NCBI GenBank assembly: GCA_027007025.1
Contig: JALTFL010000002.1
Coordinates: 167,066 to 231,065, forward strand
Source: Nanobdellati archaeon
GTDB lineage: Archaea > Nanobdellota > Nanobdellia > CSSed11-243R1
Length of the DNA stretch: 64,000 bases
Direction of reading: 5' to 3'
The translations under genes were made by a program, and so were the position numbers. Of the stretch, positions 57,314 through 64,000 are shown one piece after another; positions within the stretch are counted from its first letter, which is position 1; every line of letters starts with the position of its first letter. The notes beneath the pieces were generated by a model. The model was not told the DNA's origin and did no database searches. It saw only the letters and a list, made by a program, of their open reading frames with translations.

Positions 57314-59821
57314 ATGAAATACAAGGGATTGTCTTCAATTGAGGCGCAAAAGCTGCTTGAGGAGTATGGTCCAAATGAACTGAAGCGCACAAAAAAAGTC
57401 AGTCCAGTTAAAATATTTATTTCTCAATTCACTTCGCCTATTATACTGCTGTTAATTGCCGCCGCGATTATTTCATTTGCAATGGGATACCTTCCAGGAC
57501 AAGAATCTAACACAGTGGATACAACATTAATTTTGATTATAGTTTTTGCGTCAGGCATAGCAGGTTTTGTTCAGGATTACAAGGCGGAAAAGGCAGTCGC
57601 CGCCCTTCAAAAAATGGCACAACCTAAGGCGATAGTTATCAGGGATGGAAGACAAATACAAATTCCATCTTCGCAGGTTGTTCCGGGAGATATACTCATT
57701 TTAAATGCGGGGGATGTAATTGCTGCCGACGCGGTTGTTTTGGAAACTGCTAAGTTGAAAGTAAACGAATCCGCGCTTACTGGTGAGTCCAAAGCTGTTA
57801 CTAAAAAAGAAAAGGATCATGTCTTCAAGAATACTTATGTTTATGTCGGAGAGGCTGTCGCGAAAGTTGTCGCGACTGGAATGAAAACAAAGATTGGGCA
57901 GATAGCAAGCAAGCTTCAAGAGATAAAAGAAGAAAAAACTCCGTTTCAGGATGAGATGGCAAGTTTGAGCAAAAAGCTTGTTTACTTAACAGTTGGTATA
58001 ATTATTGTGACTCTTATATTCTCTGTTTTCAAATATAGTTTGTATGAATCTTTGCTCACTTCGATTTCTCTTGCTGTCGCGGCAATTCCAGAAGGGCTTC
58101 CAGCGGTTGTAACATTGTCTCTTGCGCTTGGAGCGAGCATAATGGCAAAGGAGAACAGTTTGGCGAGAAAGCTTTCGACTGTGGAATCAATTGGCGCGGT
58201 GGATGTTATATGCACCGACAAGACGGGGACAATAACCAAGAATGAGATGACTGTGACTAAGCTTTATACTTCTGAAGAAATGGATGCCAATCATCTAAAG
58301 TTCAGCCGAAGCACCAAGCAGCTTTTGCTTTGTGGCGGACTCTGTAATGACGCCGAAATGAATGAGGAAGGAAACTACATTGGAGACCCGACGGAAATCG
58401 CTTTGCTGAAAATTTCCAAGAAATATATTGATGATGAGATAAATTCTTTTTCAAGAGTTGATGAGGTTCCATTTTCCTCGGAAAGAAAGATGATGAGTGT
58501 TGTCGTGAAGAAAAAAGGAAGCAAGGATTTATTAGTATACTCAAAGGGCGCCCCTGAAGTTTTGATTAAAAAATGCACCCGCATATTTGAGGATGGAAAA
58601 ACAAGAAGGATTACCCAAAAAGATAAGAAAAAAATACTGTCGCAGAACAAGAAGTTCGCGTCCGCTGGATTGAGGGTTTTGGGATTTGCCTTCAAGCAGA
58701 CTAAGTCTAAGAAAAACGTGGAATCCGGATTAATTTGGATTGGGCTCCAGGCTATGATAGACCCGCCTCATCCTGAAGTAAAGGACGCGCTTGTTAAGTG
58801 TAGGACAGCAGGAATTCGTGTCATAATGATTACGGGTGATAGTCCAATAACCGCCAGTGCTATTGCCCGCGAGGTTGGACTTGAAAGCAAGGGAGTTTTG
58901 ACGGGAGATCAACTCAAAAAAATGAGCGACTACGAGCTTGAAGAAAAGTTAAATAATGACTATAATATATTCGCCCGTGTTGACCCATTTCACAAGCTTA
59001 AAATTCTTGAGATTCTGAGAAAAAACAAAAGGGTTGCTATGACCGGCGACGGCGTGAATGACGCCTTGGCAATAAAGCGTGCAGATGTCGGGATTGCGAT
59101 GGGCATAAACGGAACAGAGGTTGCAAAGCAGGCGAGCGACATGATTCTTCTTGACGACAATTTCGCGACTATCGTCACGGCAATAAAAGAAGGAAGAAGA
59201 ATATTTGACAACATACGCTCGTTTGTTGATTACTTATTAACCACAAATACTGCTGAAGTTATGCTTGTTCTGCTGGCGACGATATTTTTGACACTTAAAT
59301 ATCCTATTCTGCTTCCGGTTCAGCTTTTGTGGATAAATCTTCTTACTGATGGACTTCCGGCTTTGGCTCTTGGGGTTGAACCTCCACGAAAGGACATCAT
59401 GAATGAGAAGCCGAGAAAAAAAGGGGAGCCAATCTTGAACAGGCAGTTGATGTGGTTGATAGGTGCTATAGGGACAAAGAAAACGATTCTGGTATTCCTT
59501 ACTTTCTTTTTGGCTCTGCCGTTCGGAGTTGACGTCGCAAGAACAACGTTATTTACAGGTATAATATTGTATGAGTTTGTCAGGATTGGCGCCATTAAAT
59601 ATATGAACAAGCAAAGCTGGCTTTCCAACAAGTGGCTTCTTGCGGCTCTTGGCGGTTCTGTTGTGGCACAACTAGTAATTTTATACACGCCATTAAACAG
59701 CTATTTTCATATAGTCCCGCTTGGACTGGTTCCTTGGATAATAATAATCGGAGGAGTAACTGTTGGTTACATCCTTGCAATAATAATAACAGAAATAATA
59801 ATGAAAAAAATAAAAGATTAG
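57314..59821 (+). CDS. P-type cation-transporting ATPase (type II, Ca2+/Mg2+-like)
   Basis: DKTGTITKN phosphorylation site, TGDSPITA, and the TGDGVNDALAIKRADVGIAMG hinge. ATG 57314. The track begins at TTG 57308. Confidence 0.85.
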   Translation: MKYKGLSSIEAQKLLEEYGPNELKRTKKVSPVKIFISQFTSPIILLLIAAAIISFAMGYLPGQESNTVDTTLILIIVFASGIAGFVQDYKAEKAVAALQKMAQPKAIVIRDGRQIQIPSSQVVPGDILILNAGDVIAADAVVLETAKLKVNESALTGESKAVTKKEKDHVFKNTYVYVGEAVAKVVATGMKTKIGQIASKLQEIKEEKTPFQDEMASLSKKLVYLTVGIIIVTLIFSVFKYSLYESLLTSISLAVAAIPEGLPAVVTLSLALGASIMAKENSLARKLSTVESIGAVDVICTDKTGTITKNEMTVTKLYTSEEMDANHLKFSRSTKQLLLCGGLCNDAEMNEEGNYIGDPTEIALLKISKKYIDDEINSFSRVDEVPFSSERKMMSVVVKKKGSKDLLVYSKGAPEVLIKKCTRIFEDGKTRRITQKDKKKILSQNKKFASAGLRVLGFAFKQTKSKKNVESGLIWIGLQAMIDPPHPEVKDALVKCRTAGIRVIMITGDSPITASAIAREVGLESKGVLTGDQLKKMSDYELEEKLNNDYNIFARVDPFHKLKILEILRKNKRVAMTGDGVNDALAIKRADVGIAMGINGTEVAKQASDMILLDDNFATIVTAIKEGRRIFDNIRSFVDYLLTTNTAEVMLVLLATIFLTLKYPILLPVQLLWINLLTDGLPALALGVEPPRKDIMNEKPRKKGEPILNRQLMWLIGAIGTKKTILVFLTFFLALPFGVDVARTTLFTGIILYEFVRIGAIKYMNKQSWLSNKWLLAALGGSVVAQLVILYTPLNSYFHIVPLGLVPWIIIIGGVTVGYILAIIITEIIMKKIKD

Positions 59822-59822
59822 A

Positions 59823-60194
59823 TTAATATTTTTTTTTAGACTCTTTTATGAACCTGTTATATGTGTCTCCGTCAATTTCTGTTATGTCCATTACTGCAAC
59901 TTTCTTTAATTCCCCACTTTCTTTGTCTTTATATGGGCGTATTGTTATATCTATATGATAAAATGATGGTGTATACTCCTCTTTTTGTGTTTGGTATGGT
60001 GCGTTGTCAGGGTCATCCAATGCGTATAATCTATTTTCTATTTCGTCGGGCATTTTGAGTCCAACAACTTTGTGTTTTGCGCCTATCCCACTGTCACCAA
60101 TAGACATAACTTTTGTTCCCTTATTTAACTCAAGTTCTCTAAGAATTTCATCTAAACTGATTTTGTTTTCGAAAGGTATTGCCTTTTTAGCCAT
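59823..60194 (-). CDS. hypothetical protein
   Basis: 123 aa. Confidence 0.35.
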   Translation of the reverse strand: MAKKAIPFENKISLDEILRELELNKGTKVMSIGDSGIGAKHKVVGLKMPDEIENRLYALDDPDNAPYQTQKEEYTPSFYHIDITIRPYKDKESGELKKVAVMDITEIDGDTYNRFIKESKKKY

Positions 60195-60212
60195 TTTCTC
60201 ACCTCTAATTTA

Positions 60213-60740
60213 TTATGCAACTTTTCGTTTATAAACCTTTCTATTTTTACTACTATAAAATGACGATAAATTATGCTTTATGTGGATAATATCCTTCCTG
60301 TCAGCAAAAAGCTCGTAGGCATTCAATATTCCAACCAAATATGGCAGTTCTTCATCATAATTAATTATTCTGCTGCAACTTAATTTTTTGTCAAACTCAA
60401 GTAGAGCATACACCTTTCCTCCTTGTTCATCGATGTAATACATAGTTAAGTTAGGTATGTTGTTTCCTACCTTTCGCAACCCAATCAATGATGTATCTTC
60501 TCTTATTGAGTGGTTTATCTGTAGGGTGTAATATGTATCATACCCCTTTCTCATCCTGACTTTACCGTCCCAATTCGCCTCGTGTTCCTTGTCCAGGAGT
60601 ATTGACGGCGGGGTGTCCATTGCTATCGCGAACAATATATTATACGCGTTCATTCCGTTAATCGTCTTTAAGAATCTTTTTTTGTTCCGATTAAGAATTG
60701 TCTCGAGTAAACTTTCGCTTGCTTCAAAATCTTTTTTCAT
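60213..60740 (-). CDS. hypothetical protein
   Basis: 175 aa. Confidence 0.35.
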   Translation of the reverse strand: MKKDFEASESLLETILNRNKKRFLKTINGMNAYNILFAIAMDTPPSILLDKEHEANWDGKVRMRKGYDTYYTLQINHSIREDTSLIGLRKVGNNIPNLTMYYIDEQGGKVYALLEFDKKLSCSRIINYDEELPYLVGILNAYELFADRKDIIHIKHNLSSFYSSKNRKVYKRKVA

Positions 60741-60797
60741 TTTTTAATCTATGAATATTAAAATATAATAGTTAATAAAATTTACTACTTTTTAGTG

Positions 60798-62261
60798 TTA
60801 TCCTTTGACAACACCAAGGGGCTTCAGTCTTGCGACAAGATTTCCTATTCCTGCCTCTTGACTGACTCTTGCGACTTCGTCGATGTCTTTGTAGGCGCCC
60901 GGCGCTTCCTCCGCAACCCCACGCTTTGACGCTGATTTTATTATAATGCCTCTTTCTCCAAGCTGCTTCTTAATGATATCTGCTTGATACTGTCGCATTG
61001 CGGCGTGCCTGCTCATCAACCTTCCAGCCCCGTGCGCAGTTGAGCCGAACGTCTTTTCCATTGATGTTGAGCTTCCAGCCAGTACGTAGCTTGCGGTTCC
61101 CATACTTCCGGGAATAAGCACAGGTTGCCCAACATCCCTATAATCTATTGGTATCTCAGGGCGCCCTGGACCAAATGCCCGGGTTGCGCCCTTCCTGTGA
61201 ACATAAACTTTTCTCAATTTTCCGTTAATCTTATGCTCTTCGACTTTTGCGAGGTTGTGAGCTACGTCATATACGAGTTCCATGCCGAGGGATTCCCAGT
61301 CTTTTTTGAAAACTTCTTCGAATGCCTGCCTACTCCAGTGCATAATCATCTGTCTGTTTGTCCACGCGAAGTTTGCCGCCGCGCTCATTGCCTTGAAATA
61401 TTTTTCAGCGAGCTCGCTTCCTGACGGCGCGTAAATCAATTCCCTGTCGGGTAAAGTTTTAATTATGTCCGGAAATGTTTTTTCCATCTCGCGGAGGTAG
61501 TCTGAACATACTTGGTGTCCGAATCCGCGGCTACCCGTGTGAATCATCAACGTTGCTTGTCCTTCCTCAAGCCCGAATGCCTTGGCTGCTTTTTTGTCAA
61601 ATATTTTTTCGACATATTGAACTTCAAGGAAATGGTTTCCTGCTCCGAGGCTTCCTAGTTGTGGCATACCTCTCTTTTTGGCTTCCTTGCTGGTGTATCT
61701 CGGGTCCGCGATTTTCAATCTTCCATTTTCTTCTATGTGTTTCAAGTCCCTTTCGGCACCGTATTCATTTTCAACAGCCCACTCAACACCATATTTCAAG
61801 ACTTTGTTAAACTCATCGACGTTTTTTATTCTAGTGAGTCCCTTGCTGCCGAGCCCGCTTGGAACATTCTTAAACAGGGCGTTTAGAATTGGTTTCATAT
61901 TATCTTCGGCATCTTTTTTTGTTAGGTTTGTTCTTATCAATCTAACTCCACAATTTATATCATAACCAATTCCGCCCGGCGATATCCCACCGTTTTCATA
62001 GTCGAGTGCCGCGACTCCACCTATTGGGAATCCATATCCCTCGTGTCCGTCTGGAAGAATTATGGAATACTTGTAAATGCCCGGCAGTGTCGCTACCCCC
62101 GCGCCCTGCGTTAGTGTCCTGTCTTGTTTCATTTTGTTCAACAATTTTTCAGACGCAAAAACTCTTCCTGGAACGTTCATATTTGGCACGGTTCCAACTG
62201 GGATTTCCCATTCGACGTCGCTTATTTTCTTCAATTCCAAATTATTGATTTCTTTCATCAT
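60798..62261 (-). CDS. rtcB: RNA-splicing ligase RtcB (tRNA 3'-phosphate/5'-OH ligase)
   Basis: Metal-binding GYDINCG, NHF, HTGSRGFGHQV, HNLA motifs. Start at ATGATG after the GAGGTGG SD. The track extends to TTG 62285. Confidence 0.9.
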   Translation of the reverse strand: MMKEINNLELKKISDVEWEIPVGTVPNMNVPGRVFASEKLLNKMKQDRTLTQGAGVATLPGIYKYSIILPDGHEGYGFPIGGVAALDYENGGISPGGIGYDINCGVRLIRTNLTKKDAEDNMKPILNALFKNVPSGLGSKGLTRIKNVDEFNKVLKYGVEWAVENEYGAERDLKHIEENGRLKIADPRYTSKEAKKRGMPQLGSLGAGNHFLEVQYVEKIFDKKAAKAFGLEEGQATLMIHTGSRGFGHQVCSDYLREMEKTFPDIIKTLPDRELIYAPSGSELAEKYFKAMSAAANFAWTNRQMIMHWSRQAFEEVFKKDWESLGMELVYDVAHNLAKVEEHKINGKLRKVYVHRKGATRAFGPGRPEIPIDYRDVGQPVLIPGSMGTASYVLAGSSTSMEKTFGSTAHGAGRLMSRHAAMRQYQADIIKKQLGERGIIIKSASKRGVAEEAPGAYKDIDEVARVSQEAGIGNLVARLKPLGVVKG

Positions 62262-62274
62262 TACCACCTCAGAA

Positions 62275-62709
62275 TCATATATCAATTAACACCTTTATTA
62301 TGTATTTATTATTTTCTTTTTTTATTTCCATATAATGATATGTTATTGCCTTTACATGAGTGCCTTCCTCGTGCTTTTCAGGGTTGTACTTTTCGCCCCC
62401 CGCCTCTGCTCTAAGATACCATTTTCCTTCTTTTTCATCGATTTTTTTAACTTTGACATTATGGAACACCAACCCTTCGGCGTCCTGCAGTATTAGAAAT
62501 TGCGAGAGGAAATCAAACAAGAGAGATTCCTTATCCTCTGACGAAATATGGATGGTTTTTTTCACGTTTTTGCCCACATTGTCCGAAACCACAATCGCAT
62601 AGCCTAATCCCACAGCCGCGTTTTCAAATGCTTCTTCTAGTGTATCTCCCCACGATTCAATATACATGTCCGCCGTGTGCTCCAAAAACCTGAATTTTTT
62701 TTTGCTCAT
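62275..62709 (-). CDS. archease (RtcB activator)
   Basis: FRFLEHTADMYIESWG N-terminal archease signature. Directly upstream of rtcB. Confidence 0.8.
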   Translation of the reverse strand: MSKKKFRFLEHTADMYIESWGDTLEEAFENAAVGLGYAIVVSDNVGKNVKKTIHISSEDKESLLFDFLSQFLILQDAEGLVFHNVKVKKIDEKEGKWYLRAEAGGEKYNPEKHEEGTHVKAITYHYMEIKKENNKYIIKVLIDI

Positions 62710-62743
62710 ACACTTTTTAAATTATCATTCTATTAAAAACTTA

Positions 62744-63247
62744 ATGAAATCCGAAGATTACTACAACAAAATCGCGAAAGGATACAACGAGCTTTACGGG
62801 AGAGAGCAGATGAACAAGTGGCATATAGCCAAAAAGATGATTCCCCTGTCAAAGGAAGATGTCGTCCTTGATTTGGGTAGCGGCACGGGCATAATACTTC
62901 CGGAGCTTTCGAAGATGGTTCGCTATGTTTTCGCAGTGGACAGCTCAATAAGTATGTTAACTAAATCTCCAAAACTTGAAAACGTGAAGTATATCCAGGC
63001 GGACGCCGAAAAGCTTCCATTTCCAGACAAGCATATTGACAAGACAATTTCCCTTTCAATGATGCAGGATGTTGACGATTGGGACAAGGTGCTAAGGGAA
63101 ATAAAGAGAGTGACTCGCGGATATGTCTTGATTTCAATGATAAAACGCAACAAGGATTTAAACAACGTAAAAGAAAAACTTTCTAAGTATTTTAATATTC
63201 AAAAATTCGTTGAGGAAGAAAAAGATTTCATATTCCTACTTTTGTAG
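62744..63247 (+). CDS. class I SAM-dependent methyltransferase (Methyltransf_11-like)
   Basis: VLDLGSGTG motif I. Start at MKSEDYY. The track ORF extension would overlap archease. Confidence 0.65.
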   Translation: MKSEDYYNKIAKGYNELYGREQMNKWHIAKKMIPLSKEDVVLDLGSGTGIILPELSKMVRYVFAVDSSISMLTKSPKLENVKYIQADAEKLPFPDKHIDKTISLSMMQDVDDWDKVLREIKRVTRGYVLISMIKRNKDLNNVKEKLSKYFNIQKFVEEEKDFIFLLL

Positions 63248-63964
63248 TCATTTTCTTCTGTACCATAACCTTACTTTATTAGGGGATATGTTTATTGTTT
63301 GTTTGGCTTCCATTTCAGCAAATGTTCTCATCAATTTTAATCTCAAATAATTTTTTATGGTAACTTTTGTGTAACCTGTCGCCTTTGATATTTTGTTAAG
63401 TGATATGTGTGGATTTTCTAACATCATATCATATACCACTTTTTCAAGCGCGATTTTTTTTATCTCTTTTATAGATGTGAATCCGTAACTCTCGTAATGA
63501 ATCCCCAATTCTTCTCTCATTTTCTTTTGAGTAATTCTTCTTCCGTTTTCAATTTCGTTTAGGGCGTAGTCAATAATCATCCTCCTTCCTTCCATATAAT
63601 CATACTTTCTTTTGTTGAACTCACTCACTGGAAGCCCGGCAGCTTTCTTCAATTCTGCCCAGCTTTCAAAGTAAGAATCAAATCCAATTCCAAAGAGGGC
63701 ATTAAATAGTGAAGGTGTGATATTTGGGCGCTTTTTAAGTTCATCAATAAGGTATAATTTAATTTTTTCTTTTTCTTCTTCGTCTGGGGAGATAACCCAT
63801 TGTTTTCTTCTTTCTTTTCCTATGTCCTTTCTGACTACTTTTGCCAGCTCGCTTTCGTTCATTTCCAATAAAGATGATAAATACTCCTTTTCTAAAAGCA
63901 AAGTTACATCTTCTTCTGTGAATTTTCCATAGTACTCCTTTAGGAATTCATCAATATTATGCAT
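63248..63964 (-). CDS. hypothetical protein, possible C-terminal HTH
   Basis: 238 aa. Confidence 0.35.
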   Translation of the reverse strand: MHNIDEFLKEYYGKFTEEDVTLLLEKEYLSSLLEMNESELAKVVRKDIGKERRKQWVISPDEEEKEKIKLYLIDELKKRPNITPSLFNALFGIGFDSYFESWAELKKAAGLPVSEFNKRKYDYMEGRRMIIDYALNEIENGRRITQKKMREELGIHYESYGFTSIKEIKKIALEKVVYDMMLENPHISLNKISKATGYTKVTIKNYLRLKLMRTFAEMEAKQTINISPNKVRLWYRRK

Positions 63965-64000
63965 AATTTAACATATATTTTATAAGATATAAATTTGTCG

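Noticed and set aside
1-64000. CRISPR arrays or cas genes
   Set aside because: No regularly spaced direct repeats were found. The GRG codon repeats and intron purine tracts are not spacer-repeat structures.

Overview
This window is a low-GC archaeal chromosome segment. It shows archaeal-type ribosomal protein operons, Shine-Dalgarno-led genes, many K/E-rich low-complexity proteins, and possibly a small-genome DPANN-like lineage. About 14.5 kb (42.6-57.1 kb, minus strand) is a ribosomal superoperon: L3-L4-L23-L2-S19-L22-S3-L29-SUI1-Rpp29-S17-L14-L24-S4e-L5-S14-S8-L6-L32e-L19e-L18-S5-L30-L15-SecY-DUF106-L34e-L14e. Other recognisable genes are AsnRS next to tRNA-Asn, RadA, Pelota, Cbf5, the RtcB-archease operon, UDG4, AlkD-like, Hsp20, MBF1, CspA, FKBP, thioredoxin, a P-type ATPase, a ZIP transporter, transporters, and a DUF5320/permease/NifX-like/DUF134/MBL/ferredoxin cluster with GRG-repeat tails. 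All seven tRNA genes found are interrupted by BHB-type introns. Most carry 2-3 each, at D-loop, 26/27, anticodon-loop and T-loop/T-stem positions, about 16 introns in 64 kb. The introns fall into about 6 sequence subfamilies that recur in different tRNAs at different positions, and intron-like copies also sit in two tRNA 5' leaders. An 87-nt T-arm+intron module is identical in two tRNAs. Together with RtcB/archease, an extra ATP-dependent ligase plus PIN cassette, and a CsaA-like tRNA-binding protein, the window looks like a hotspot of mobile tRNA-intron biology.
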